Part shown: in pieces, positions 9,190 to 17,732 of the stretch | Numbering within the stretch: position 1 is the first letter of the stretch | Layout of the letters: every line of letters begins with the position of its first letter | UHGV virus genome: UHGV-0232937 | Direction: 5' to 3' (one strand) | DNA: 64,000 nt | Source of the DNA: a virus | The notes under the pieces: generated by a model | The model's input: only the letters and a program-made list of their open reading frames with translations | Database searches by the model: none | Told to the model about the DNA's origin: nothing | Made by a program: the position numbers and the translations under genes

Positions 9190-9288
9190 TCATAAAACAG
9201 ACGCAATTATCAACACACCAAACAATCCACCAACGAAACCAAAGAATAGTGAAATGAGTATAGTCAGTACGATCTGTTTTATGTTCAT
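9190..9288 (-). CDS. 32-aa single-TM peptide
   Basis: MNIKQIVLTILISLFFGFVGGLFGVLIIASVL. Below the ORF-track cutoff, fills the gap. Confidence 0.45.
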   Translation of the reverse strand: MNIKQIVLTILISLFFGFVGGLFGVLIIASVL

Positions 9289-9334
9289 TATAGTATTCTC
9301 GTTTTAGATGTCAAGCCCCCAAAGAGGGGGCTTT
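9287..9334 (-). promoter_or_regulatory. hairpin plus sigma70 promoter
   Basis: AAGCCCCC/GGGGGCTT hairpin whose 3' end runs into TTGACA-16-TATAAT. Confidence 0.7.
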
Positions 9335-9340
9335 AAAACA

Positions 9341-10258
9341 TTATTTACGAGAATCGAAAATCACTTTACCAGCATAATCCGAACCCATTACAGTTTGAGG
9401 TACGCCACCTTTATAGCGGGTAGAGTAGTTCATCTGTACATCCAGTTCTTTCCAGCGGATCATTTCCGGTGTAATAGTGCGTTGCAGGGCGGCGTTGGCT
9501 TCTGCTTCTTTCTTCGCTGCATACAGACGGGCATCAGCATCACGTTCGTTAGCGATTGCAGCGTTTTCACGCGCCTGACGATCTGCTTCCGCTTGTTTTA
9601 CTGCTTGTAGTGAAGTCTGTTCTACTTTTTGCAGTTCAGCTTTAGCAGCGTTAACCTGTTCTTCGCGGATCTTCGTGTTAGTTACCTGTTCCATGATAAC
9701 TTCCGGCAGGGTGATATCCTGCAAGAATACCTGTTTCACAGTGTAACCGTAAGGCCGCGCATAATCTTCTACTTCCTGCTGAATTGCAATTTGCAGTTGG
9801 TTTTGGATCTTCGCATCAAACAGGTCTTGCGCTTTCGGTACGGATTTACCAAATTCGCGAACAGTGGAAAGTAGTTTTTCAGTTACATACTTATCCAGTG
9901 CCTGATCCTGATTACCCGCGTTGATACGGTTGATCGGTGCTTTGCTACCGTCGAATTGCAGCATTACGGTCATATCCACAGTGGATTTAAATTTATCCTG
10001 GGACGGAACCTGTAATTTGTCGAACTTCATCGCGATGTCTTTGGTGCTGAACGTATCAAACGTTGCCAGCGGGTTTACAATGTGGAAACCAGGCAGTACG
10101 GGTTTCGGTGATACTTTACCCATGAAGGTTTCAGTTTTAACCGTACCGTCTTGCACAATGGTATACATGTTAGGCACTAACCACAGTGCTGCAACTACGC
10201 CCAGAGCGATCAGAGAGGTTTTCTTCGGGTTGTTCACGATAGTGTTTAAGTTCATCAT
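9341..10258 (-). CDS. SPFH/band-7 (prohibitin-like) membrane protein
   Basis: N-terminal TM, PGFHIVNP, V.LQDITLP, C-terminal Ala/Glu coiled coil (AKKEAEAN). Confidence 0.88.
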   Translation of the reverse strand: MMNLNTIVNNPKKTSLIALGVVAALWLVPNMYTIVQDGTVKTETFMGKVSPKPVLPGFHIVNPLATFDTFSTKDIAMKFDKLQVPSQDKFKSTVDMTVMLQFDGSKAPINRINAGNQDQALDKYVTEKLLSTVREFGKSVPKAQDLFDAKIQNQLQIAIQQEVEDYARPYGYTVKQVFLQDITLPEVIMEQVTNTKIREEQVNAAKAELQKVEQTSLQAVKQAEADRQARENAAIANERDADARLYAAKKEAEANAALQRTITPEMIRWKELDVQMNYSTRYKGGVPQTVMGSDYAGKVIFDSRK

Positions 10259-10291
10259 AATTTCCATAAGTTGTTGTTCAATTCGATAGTT

Positions 10292-10319
10292 ATTCTATCA
10301 TCACATTTCACGCTGTCAA
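10292..10319 (-). promoter_or_regulatory. sigma70-like early promoter
   Basis: TTGACA-16-TAGAAT with extended TG. Confidence 0.65.
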
Positions 10320-10326
10320 ACTATTT

Positions 10327-10710
10327 TTAAGAAAGTTTTGTCAGCTTGTAGATTGTTTGATAGCACAAGCCCTTAATCTCGTCCAGGATGTTCTTCAAAG
10401 AACTATCTACTGATTCGTAGATCTCGTTTGCTTCGTTGGCTATTTTACGGAGATACGCTACCGTGTCAAGCATATTTTCGGTTTTTAGCACAGGTTTGTA
10501 TCTTCCCGTGATTCCTATGTGGATTTCGGTGAATTTATCAACCAAATCCTGCATATCTTCGTAAAAACCCTCATATGCTTTATGTTGTGAGTAGGAACCT
10601 GTTGCAAAATGTGCGCTATGCATATACGTAACGGACATAAGGCACATGCCAATAAAGGCATCTATCTTGCTTGAGTTCTCAGATTCTGTAATTTGTTTAA
10701 ATGATTGCAT
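10327..10710 (-). CDS. ferritin/Dps-like four-helix protein (DUF5856-like)
   Basis: H..HF.T.SYSQHKAY..FY....DLVDKF.E...G motif. N-terminus MQSFKQITE. Confidence 0.7.
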   Translation of the reverse strand: MQSFKQITESENSSKIDAFIGMCLMSVTYMHSAHFATGSYSQHKAYEGFYEDMQDLVDKFTEIHIGITGRYKPVLKTENMLDTVAYLRKIANEANEIYESVDSSLKNILDEIKGLCYQTIYKLTKLS

Positions 10711-10720
10711 GATGATCCCT

Positions 10721-11023
10721 TTATGAACGATGGATACTTGCAAACTCATACGCGACCCTGATTCCTAGCTTTGCGCATTCGGATTCAGATCGGCATTGTT
10801 TTTGGTGCCATTTTCGTTCCATGTAGTTGTAGAATAGTTCGCTTGTATTTACGCTGGGAGGGATCGTTGTGATGTATACTTGAAGGGCCGCATTAATATA
10901 ATCGTCAAATTCTTTCTGAACCGGACGGTCGGCGGCGTGTGTTGTGGGTGTCATCATCAACAATCCGAACAGCACAGCCATTGATATGCGTTTAATGTTC
11001 ATAACAATTACTCTTTTACTCAT
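10721..11023 (-). CDS. rI: lysis inhibition regulator (antiholin) RI
   Basis: Signal/SAR segment, then FDDY...VY....SE.FY.YM...C.SE.EC..LG matching T4 RI. Adjacent to tk as in T4. Confidence 0.85.
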   Translation of the reverse strand: MSKRVIVMNIKRISMAVLFGLLMMTPTTHAADRPVQKEFDDYINAALQVYITTIPPSVNTSELFYNYMERKWHQKQCRSESECAKLGIRVAYEFASIHRS

Positions 11024-11051
11024 AGACCCACTATAGGTCTACTCCTGTATA

Positions 11052-11059
11052 TATTTATA
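11052..11059 (-). promoter_or_regulatory. T4-type late promoter
   Basis: TATAAATA upstream of rI. Confidence 0.8.
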
Positions 11060-11061
11060 GC

Positions 11062-11084
11062 AAAAACGAGGCCGAAGCCTCGTT
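11062..11084 (-). terminator. intrinsic terminator
   Basis: AACGAGGC-TTCG-GCCTCGTTTTT (UUCG loop). Confidence 0.8.
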
Positions 11085-11108
11085 ATAATATTTTTGCTGT
11101 AAAGTCAA

Positions 11109-11501
11109 TCAAGTAATGTCATACCAGCACAAACTTCTTTCGAAAGCGCGTATTTTGTTCACGTTTTCTACGTTTTCATCCCAACCGATTACACCAGCTT
11201 TCATACGTTTCAGTTCCTGACGTAAACGGGTACGTACTTTTGAATCAATTTTCTTTACTGCAATAGAAAGCATTGCATTCAGATCGCCATGAGCTTTGTT
11301 ACCGTCGCGACACAGATTATTATCAAATCGAATGTATGCACATCCTGATTTGTGTTTCCAGTTGGTTGTGTACCAACGTAACCCATCCGGATCAATACCA
11401 TGTTGAGCATAATAACGAGAATACTCTTTTACTTCTTCTATATTTTCATTAGATGAACGGTCACGAAGAGGATTGTATTTCTTACGGTAAGTGCGACTCA
11501 T
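11109..11501 (-). CDS. basic hypothetical protein (MSRTYRKK)
   Basis: 130 aa, AGGAG RBS. Confidence 0.7.
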   Translation of the reverse strand: MSRTYRKKYNPLRDRSSNENIEEVKEYSRYYAQHGIDPDGLRWYTTNWKHKSGCAYIRFDNNLCRDGNKAHGDLNAMLSIAVKKIDSKVRTRLRQELKRMKAGVIGWDENVENVNKIRAFERSLCWYDIT

Positions 11502-11517
11502 AATGATCTCCTTTTGT

Positions 11518-12126
11518 TTATGCTTCCACTGTATCAGGGTTGTTCTTTAGTTGCAAGTAATGTTTTCGACAAAGTGAAACATATTTGTCTTCGGCCCCGA
11601 TCTCAATCTGGTCGCCATTAGCAACAAATTTACCATTTGCATCAATACGGGCAACGGTAGTTGCTTTCTTTCCACAATGACAAACCCCCCGCAACTCCCT
11701 GATCTCATCAGCAAGCGCCAGCAACATATAAGAACCTTCAAACAAGTTCAACTGAAAATCGGTTCTTAGTCCATATGTCATTACGGGTATATCTAATTCG
11801 TCAACTACCCGACACAGATCCATGACATTTTTCTTGGAAAGGAATTGTGCTTCATCAACAAACACGCAAGAAACCAGATTCTCGCTATCACTGTAAAAAT
11901 GATTGTTGTGAACATCATAATACAAGTCCATATCAGGCGTGATCATGGTGCATGTTGCTTCCAACCCAATACGCGAAGAGATACTCTGTTTACCTTCTCG
12001 CGTATCAATTGCTGGTTTGTACATCAGGATCCGCATACCGCGTTCCTGGTAGTTGTATGCATCAGTGAGTAAACGAGCACTCTTGCCAGCATTCATTGAT
12101 GCATAATGAAAATATAGTTTAGCCAT
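11518..12126 (-). CDS. tk: thymidine kinase
   Basis: MAKLYFHYASMNAGKS, FVDEAQF, YGLRTDF, CHCG..A, YVSLCRKH. Confidence 0.95.
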   Translation of the reverse strand: MAKLYFHYASMNAGKSARLLTDAYNYQERGMRILMYKPAIDTREGKQSISSRIGLEATCTMITPDMDLYYDVHNNHFYSDSENLVSCVFVDEAQFLSKKNVMDLCRVVDELDIPVMTYGLRTDFQLNLFEGSYMLLALADEIRELRGVCHCGKKATTVARIDANGKFVANGDQIEIGAEDKYVSLCRKHYLQLKNNPDTVEA

Positions 12127-12406
12127 GCGTATAACCGCCCATTTCGCTATCTTGTGCTTGATGGATATCAAGATACCACATATTGATTTTGCTTTTCAGT
12201 TCGTCAATTTCCTTACTCAGACAATTGTCAACGATACATAGAACATTAACAGTTTCTTTACGTTGCATAACGTCGATGTTATTCGCTTTCATCGCTTGCG
12301 CCAATGCATTACAGGTTTTAACCAGTGCGGCGCGTTGTCCTTTGATTACGGCGATCCGTTTGTTCGCTTTCTTAATCTCCCGACCTGCTTTGATAGGATC
12401 CATCAT
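12119..12406 (-). CDS. hypothetical coiled-coil protein
   Basis: 95-aa ORF in operon. Confidence 0.6.
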   Translation of the reverse strand: MMDPIKAGREIKKANKRIAVIKGQRAALVKTCNALAQAMKANNIDVMQRKETVNVLCIVDNCLSKEIDELKSKINMWYLDIHQAQDSEMGGYTHG

Positions 12407-12408
12407 GA

Positions 12409-12882
12409 TTAATTCGCCTTACGAGGATCGAAATGAACGACAATGATCGGATAATCACCAGTCACCTCATTAATAATGCGCTTAATGAGTTCCCAGTCGC
12501 CCCCAGCGAGGCCAGCACCGATTAAAGGTGTGATGATAGGCTTTCCAGTCTTAACAGCGTCAGCAAGCCCTACCGCCTGTTTAAAAGCATTGCCGATTGC
12601 GTCATAATCGACACGCGGCCCAGGTGTCCAGAAATCATATTGAGTATATGCATTGAAAACAATGTTGCCTTTTTCGCCAATGTAAACAGAACAAGTTCCT
12701 AGCTTATCACGGGAACCTTTTAACGTATTGGCATCAACTTGAAATGCACCAGGAATACGATCGCGGATTTCGCGAGCAATACCAGCGCCCATATTGCAAT
12801 AGCAGTTGCATCCGTGGATCAAATGGCCTTCACCATTCAGATACATATTGACAGCATTACCTTTCACTTCTTTAATGATCAT
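12409..12882 (-). CDS. tk.4: macrodomain protein (T4 Tk.4-like ADP-ribose processing)
   Basis: HGCNC..NMGAGIA, NAYTQ, PLIGAGLAGGDW. Confidence 0.88.
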   Translation of the reverse strand: MIIKEVKGNAVNMYLNGEGHLIHGCNCYCNMGAGIAREIRDRIPGAFQVDANTLKGSRDKLGTCSVYIGEKGNIVFNAYTQYDFWTPGPRVDYDAIGNAFKQAVGLADAVKTGKPIITPLIGAGLAGGDWELIKRIINEVTGDYPIIVVHFDPRKAN

Positions 12883-13060
12883 TTTTATTATTCCTATATA
12901 ATTCGCGTTCGATTAGCATATCGATGAAATCAGTAATATCATCAAACCAATCCTTAGTTTCTTGAGCATGAGCCAAATCACCATCATCTAAAAACTTTTC
13001 GCGAGCATCAGCAAAATTATCTAGTTTGTTATAGAGTTTTGCTTTGTCTATATCATTCAT
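12872..13060 (-). CDS. small acidic hypothetical protein
   Basis: 62 aa, AAGG RBS. Confidence 0.55.
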   Translation of the reverse strand: MNDIDKAKLYNKLDNFADAREKFLDDGDLAHAQETKDWFDDITDFIDMLIERELYRNNKNDH

Positions 13061-13105
13061 AAATTAACCTTAATTATTAAAAGAACGTAAGAAAAATACG
13101 TAATG

Positions 13106-13222
13106 TCACACCTGTTTACCTTTCCGTTCACGGCGGCGATCTTCTTGATGACACATATATAAAACACCACCAAAAATTATAAAACCGATAACAACGCCTA
13201 TAAAGTATCCAGCACTAAACAT
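13106..13222 (-). CDS. small membrane peptide
   Basis: MFSAGYFIGVVIGFIIFGGVLYM plus basic tail. Start uncertain. Confidence 0.45.
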   Translation of the reverse strand: MFSAGYFIGVVIGFIIFGGVLYMCHQEDRRRERKGKQV

Positions 13223-13331
13223 AGTCATCATCCCCGCAATAGTAACAAGGCCCAGTGCTCTCATGCTTACCAGCATTGTACGCCAAGAACACCACAACCG
13301 CCGCCATAATAATAAAAATCCAGATAGCCAT
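13215..13331 (-). CDS. 38-aa membrane peptide
   Basis: MAIWIFIIMAAVVVFLAYNAGKHESTGPCYYCGDDDYV. TAATG-coupled to vs. Confidence 0.5.
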   Translation of the reverse strand: MAIWIFIIMAAVVVFLAYNAGKHESTGPCYYCGDDDYV

Positions 13332-13654
13332 TAGTAAAGCCCTATGCCAGCATTAAATTCGTCAACCAAATAAGTACGGAACTTTTCGCACCGTTCCTTA
13401 TTTGGCGCTTGTTTGCATAGATTCATCATTGGTTCGGACTGCAAAAACTCTTTTTGTTTCAGCAACTTACCGCGTTTATACAGGTGAGCATTTTCCTCTC
13501 CCCACATATAAGCAACATCTAACTGTTCTGCGATCACTTGCTTACATACTGCGACATCTTTGATATCACGATTGTTGCATAACTCATCCAGGCGAGCATC
13601 ACCAGCGTGAGCAAATCCAGCAACCAGAGTTAAAAGCAGTGCTAACTTTTTCAT
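13331..13654 (-). CDS. vs: valyl-tRNA synthetase modifier Vs
   Basis: Signal peptide, four Cys, AY..GE and LVD.FN.G pattern of T4 Vs. Synteny tk-vs-vs.1. Confidence 0.75.
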   Translation of the reverse strand: MKKLALLLTLVAGFAHAGDARLDELCNNRDIKDVAVCKQVIAEQLDVAYMWGEENAHLYKRGKLLKQKEFLQSEPMMNLCKQAPNKERCEKFRTYLVDEFNAGIGLY

Positions 13655-13663
13655 GATGATTCC

Positions 13664-14263
13664 TTATTCATCCTCTTCGATAGGGGTATAATAATGCGCA
13701 TTGCAGATATACGCAAGAACTTTTTTCAGAGACATATCCGAGAATGTCGGATCTTGATTTCGTCTCATCCCACTACCAGTTTCAACAGCCCAACGTTTGT
13801 TAGCTGGATTGTATGTCAGCCAGTAGCAATCCCATTCAGACAGAGTATGTTCGAACAGATCGAAACGCTTGCGCCCGTTTGCTTGCGGTCTAACAAAAGG
13901 TTCGACCATTTCTAAAGCGGTTAAAACTCGATTAATGTTTGAACCGTCTTCATCCATCGCGATCCGCAAACAGTATTGGTTAATGTCCGGATCCATACCA
14001 TCGATACCCAGGCCGATAGATTCGAAAAATTTTGTAGCCGCGTGATAAGACACACTAGAAGAACGATATTCCAACATCACGGGGATCTTTTCCCCGTCCT
14101 TGACGTTGTTAATAATATCCTGATCGATAAGTTCAATCAGGTCTCTTTTCTCCTTGATCAAGGTAGAAATTTCTTCTTGCAGCGGGGCTATCTTCGCATG
14201 AAGTTCTTTTATCCGTTGATCAATTACGGACACTTCGAAAGCTAAATTTCTCATTGTACCCAT
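13664..14263 (-). CDS. hypothetical protein
   Basis: 199 aa, N-terminal coiled coil. Confidence 0.7.
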   Translation of the reverse strand: MGTMRNLAFEVSVIDQRIKELHAKIAPLQEEISTLIKEKRDLIELIDQDIINNVKDGEKIPVMLEYRSSSVSYHAATKFFESIGLGIDGMDPDINQYCLRIAMDEDGSNINRVLTALEMVEPFVRPQANGRKRFDLFEHTLSEWDCYWLTYNPANKRWAVETGSGMRRNQDPTFSDMSLKKVLAYICNAHYYTPIEEDE

Positions 14264-14397
14264 TCCCCGTTTTTGTCAATATACATGATCCAATCAGCAA
14301 CCGACCAATGGGAAGTATTGCCTTTCGGAGTCGCTACGAGGTAGGAACCAGCTTTAAACAGTACGCGTTTAGTTTCGTTCAGAATCAGGTCGCTCAT
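14251..14397 (-). CDS. small hypothetical protein
   Basis: GAGG RBS before MSDLILNE, 48 aa. Confidence 0.6.
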   Translation of the reverse strand: MSDLILNETKRVLFKAGSYLVATPKGNTSHWSVADWIMYIDKNGEWVQ

Positions 14398-14815
14398 AAT
14401 GTATTCCTCATTTAACCAAAGTGAATCGATATTCGATTGCATCGTTCGGGCGCTCATGCACAGTATCCGAACTTGTGATAACAGTATACACGGCTTCTTT
14501 CACAAGATCCATAATTTTCTGTGAGTTTCCCCAGACATTGATACTAAAATACAACCCATTTTTAGGAATAGGATTGTATTCCATATCATAATATATGTCC
14601 ATAAGTTCACAAATGAACAAGCGGCGCTGTTCGTTATCATATGTAAAATAAATGTTAAAACAATCGAGAGATTTGCTCAAAGTAATCTCTTTGATAACGA
14701 TGTTATCTTGTTTGCTAAAATGATCACGGATCGCTTGCACACAACGCAACAGGTTAGGGTAATCATATTTTTGTGAAACAATGACTTGATATGAAACGCT
14801 CATAATGTATTCCTC
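14391..14815. repeat. 19-bp perfect direct repeat (14391-14409 and 14797-14815)
   Basis: GAGGAATACATTATGAGCG on the - strand (RBS plus start codon), twice. Confidence 0.9.
14408..14803 (-). CDS. AT-rich hypothetical protein
   Basis: 131 aa, lies between the direct repeats. Confidence 0.65.
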   Translation of the reverse strand: MSVSYQVIVSQKYDYPNLLRCVQAIRDHFSKQDNIVIKEITLSKSLDCFNIYFTYDNEQRRLFICELMDIYYDMEYNPIPKNGLYFSINVWGNSQKIMDLVKEAVYTVITSSDTVHERPNDAIEYRFTLVK

Positions 14816-14831
14816 TCAATTAGATGCATCC

Positions 14832-14869
14832 ATAATAAAAAAGCCCCCGACCGAAGTCAAGGGCTTTTT
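14832..14869 (-). promoter_or_regulatory. PeSL-like promoter/hairpin
   Basis: AAAAAGCCC-TTGACT-TCGGTC-GGGGGCTTTTT then TATTAT, 17-bp spacer. Confidence 0.85.
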
Positions 14870-14870
14870 G

Positions 14871-15512
14871 TCAAATGATTTGTTTTTCTTCTAACAGCTT
14901 CGCGGTTGTATTAACCATACGAGCATAATCACGGGCTTCTTTCTTTGTATACTTGAAACCAGCGTTATAGCTCGCCAGCGCCTTTTTCAAGTCGCCTTTG
15001 TGGTAATCAAGCCAGTACTCCAGTTCATAGATCGCATACTTCGATCCACCTTGAAGAGTTTCGAGCTTTTTGATTACTACGCGTTTAGGATATGACTTAT
15101 CCATTCGTGCGCTGGCGCTCCTTGCGGTAACTTGCCAGCATCCATAAGCGTGATGGCCTTTTTTACCTTTACCGACATTCTCACATGCGCGAGACTCGAT
15201 CCAGGCAATAGCCGCTAAATGATAGCCTAAACGTTTAGCCTTATCTTTTTCTACAGGTTTTGCAGTCTTCAAATCATAGTTGTGTCCAACTCGATAAGCA
15301 TACTCCAGAACCTCTTTCTGCTTCGGTGTGATGTTATCCAAATCCTTGATGTAGGATGGAGAATTTTTGTTTGCCGGAGGCTTCACAGTAGCCTTTTGTA
15401 AAGGCAATTGATGAGTAGGCAAATCCGCAATGAAATCCCCTAGCGGATCCGTCGCAGCGTTGCCAGAAAAAGAGCACAAGAAAATGCTGGCAGCAATAAT
15501 AATTTTCTTCAT
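14871..15512 (-). CDS. vs.1: SLT-domain lytic transglycosylase-like protein Vs.1
   Basis: Signal peptide, AAIAWIES, YGCWQ, ALASYNAG. CATAAATA late-like box at 15561-15568. Confidence 0.85.
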   Translation of the reverse strand: MKKIIIAASIFLCSFSGNAATDPLGDFIADLPTHQLPLQKATVKPPANKNSPSYIKDLDNITPKQKEVLEYAYRVGHNYDLKTAKPVEKDKAKRLGYHLAAIAWIESRACENVGKGKKGHHAYGCWQVTARSASARMDKSYPKRVVIKKLETLQGGSKYAIYELEYWLDYHKGDLKKALASYNAGFKYTKKEARDYARMVNTTAKLLEEKQII

Positions 15513-15576
15513 TTTAATACCTATGTTGCAAAAAGAGGGGCAATAATACACCCCACTTTATATTTATGCAACTATT

Positions 15577-16131
15577 TTAGATAGTTTTTGCGTCACGTAG
15601 TTTATCGGCGATAAACTCAGCAATGTTATAATTTGAAATAGCCTTGTTAGGATCGTATAGTGCAATGATTTCATCTAACGATACCATAACGGCATGTTTA
15701 AAGTAGACGCTCCAGCTAGTAGTAAGGATCTCGCTGTTGTCAAATCCACAGTTAGGGCTGAACAACGCGCGGTATTTGTACCCACTGTATTTCGTCAGAC
15801 GATTCGTGCTGTGCGCATCGCTGGTGATCAGAAAAGTTCCCTGGTGAGTTTCCACAACGAAAAAGTATCCGAGGCGTTCTTTGTTGTCCAGCATCTTTTC
15901 AAACTTGCGATCGGTTTCTTCGCGAACAATACGAGAAGTCAGCATTTCCAACACTTTATCGTATTCGGGCCAATCATTCTCGATCACGATCGCATCAAAT
16001 GGTTTCTTACCATTAATCCCGCGCCCGATTTCGATTTTCGTGCAAATTTCGTTGAACGTTTTCAAATCTTCTGGCGTCAGTTCTTTAAGATCGCTCAATT
16101 TTGCTACATAATAACGTTTTTCTAGTTTCAT
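15577..16131 (-). CDS. hypothetical protein
   Basis: 184 aa, GAGG RBS. Confidence 0.7.
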   Translation of the reverse strand: MKLEKRYYVAKLSDLKELTPEDLKTFNEICTKIEIGRGINGKKPFDAIVIENDWPEYDKVLEMLTSRIVREETDRKFEKMLDNKERLGYFFVVETHQGTFLITSDAHSTNRLTKYSGYKYRALFSPNCGFDNSEILTTSWSVYFKHAVMVSLDEIIALYDPNKAISNYNIAEFIADKLRDAKTI

Positions 16132-16143
16132 TTTACGGAAACC

Positions 16144-16341
16144 TCAATTCAAAAATAATTTCACAGAGTTACCACATTTAGGACATGTGATAAATTTTTG
16201 CACAACATAATCAGCAGCAGAGAAAAATCCATTGTAAATCGCTTCTCTCTTTTGCTGAATATCAGATAGTTCATATTCTAACCCACTTTTACAGCATCTG
16301 CAAACAGTAATTAGTTTTGGGTTATGGATGACAGTAATCAT
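16144..16341 (-). CDS. small zinc-ribbon protein
   Basis: CRCC...CPKCG, GAGG RBS. Confidence 0.6.
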   Translation of the reverse strand: MITVIHNPKLITVCRCCKSGLEYELSDIQQKREAIYNGFFSAADYVVQKFITCPKCGNSVKLFLN

Positions 16342-16352
16342 ATACACCTCAC

Positions 16353-16372
16353 AAAAGGGGGCTTTCGCCCCC
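16353..16372 (-). terminator. intrinsic terminator
   Basis: GGGGGC-GAAA-GCCCCCTTTT. Confidence 0.75.
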
Positions 16373-16376
16373 ATCA

Positions 16377-17723
16377 TTAGAAATTGTCTTCGACAAACGC
16401 CGCGAGACGGGAACGATACACTGTATCAAGAATGATATGGCTTGAGTGTTCGTATTCTTTCAGCTTTTCAACAGCCCATACAAACCCGTTGTTTACGGCA
16501 GTGTTTCGAGGGTTGTCGATCTGCTTAATGTTCCCGCATAGTATCAGAAGTGTGTTCTCTCCGCAACGAGAAATGATAGATTTAATTTCGTGGTTGCTAA
16601 GGTTTTGACATTCATCAACAATCAGCACAGAACCTTTGCCCGGATCCGGATGTCCGATACTGCGACCACGGAAGTAATACAGGCTAGGGAATTGAACCAC
16701 CCCTTTTTCAATCAAACCTTCAATGTATTTTTCAGATTCCGGATTATCCTTAAACAGAATGTTCAGGCTAGTAATACAAGGTTCGATAGAAGGCCGGAGT
16801 TTTTCGCCCAATGTACCAGGAAGGAAGCCGATTTCACTTGATAACGGGCTATCTGACTTCACATACATCAAGTTAGCGTAATGTCCACTATTAACCAGGT
16901 GCATAGCACCGGAAACAGCAAGCATTGTTTTACCAGAACCAGCGCCGCCCATAATGGTAGCAACATCGATTTCATTGCTCATAATTGATTCAACGAAAGC
17001 CGCTTGCAGAGAATCACGGGGTTGGATAGCTTTCATGAGTTTGCGTTTCATAGCCTGTTCATGCTTAACAGGTAAGACATTCAAGCAAATCTCATCAGCA
17101 GTCACCACACGCCCGACTAACTCACCGTTTGAGGTAATGTACTGGTTAGGATAAAAATCTTCGTCAGGAAGCGAACTGTAAGTGATTTGGGCTACATTAT
17201 CCGTATATCCCAACACTTCTACGGTATCCCAGAAATCAGGGATCTCTACATAACCGGAATACAATACATCGCTATCTTTTAACGTATCGTCGCCAGTATA
17301 CTGTTCTACCTTACACCCACGGGACATTGCGATCAGCAACATCATAATATCGCGAGTAACTAAGGTTGCATCCTGTTGCATACAAGTTTCAATGATTCGT
17401 TCGTCTTGCTTGTCAAGAGCAAACGTTTTGTTTCCGACATAATCAACCACTTTAAGGGTGATAGTGTCAGACAGTGCTGGGTTTGTCAGGTTTAAAGGAA
17501 TACCTGATTTCGTAATCGCATCATATGACTGACCGAAAATAACTTTTGACAGAAGCCGGATCGCCAATCGTGCTTCGTGCGCTGTTCGTTCTTTCGTTTT
17601 CAGGTGATCTAATTCACCCATAGTAGCAGAGGTAATAATGATTTCTGTACCAGGTTGAGTGAATGAATAGATTGAATAGGGGTTACTAATCAAAACATTG
17701 GTGTCTAATACGTATTTTGACAT
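16377..17723 (-). CDS. phoH: PIN-domain + PhoH ATPase (PhoH2/YlaK-like)
   Basis: VLDTNVL, ELD, QDERI, TRD (PIN). Walker A GGAGSGKT, IGFLPG, RGRS, Walker B IVDECQN, GNIKQID. Confidence 0.9.
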   Translation of the reverse strand: MSKYVLDTNVLISNPYSIYSFTQPGTEIIITSATMGELDHLKTKERTAHEARLAIRLLSKVIFGQSYDAITKSGIPLNLTNPALSDTITLKVVDYVGNKTFALDKQDERIIETCMQQDATLVTRDIMMLLIAMSRGCKVEQYTGDDTLKDSDVLYSGYVEIPDFWDTVEVLGYTDNVAQITYSSLPDEDFYPNQYITSNGELVGRVVTADEICLNVLPVKHEQAMKRKLMKAIQPRDSLQAAFVESIMSNEIDVATIMGGAGSGKTMLAVSGAMHLVNSGHYANLMYVKSDSPLSSEIGFLPGTLGEKLRPSIEPCITSLNILFKDNPESEKYIEGLIEKGVVQFPSLYYFRGRSIGHPDPGKGSVLIVDECQNLSNHEIKSIISRCGENTLLILCGNIKQIDNPRNTAVNNGFVWAVEKLKEYEHSSHIILDTVYRSRLAAFVEDNF

Positions 17724-17732
17724 ACATTAACC

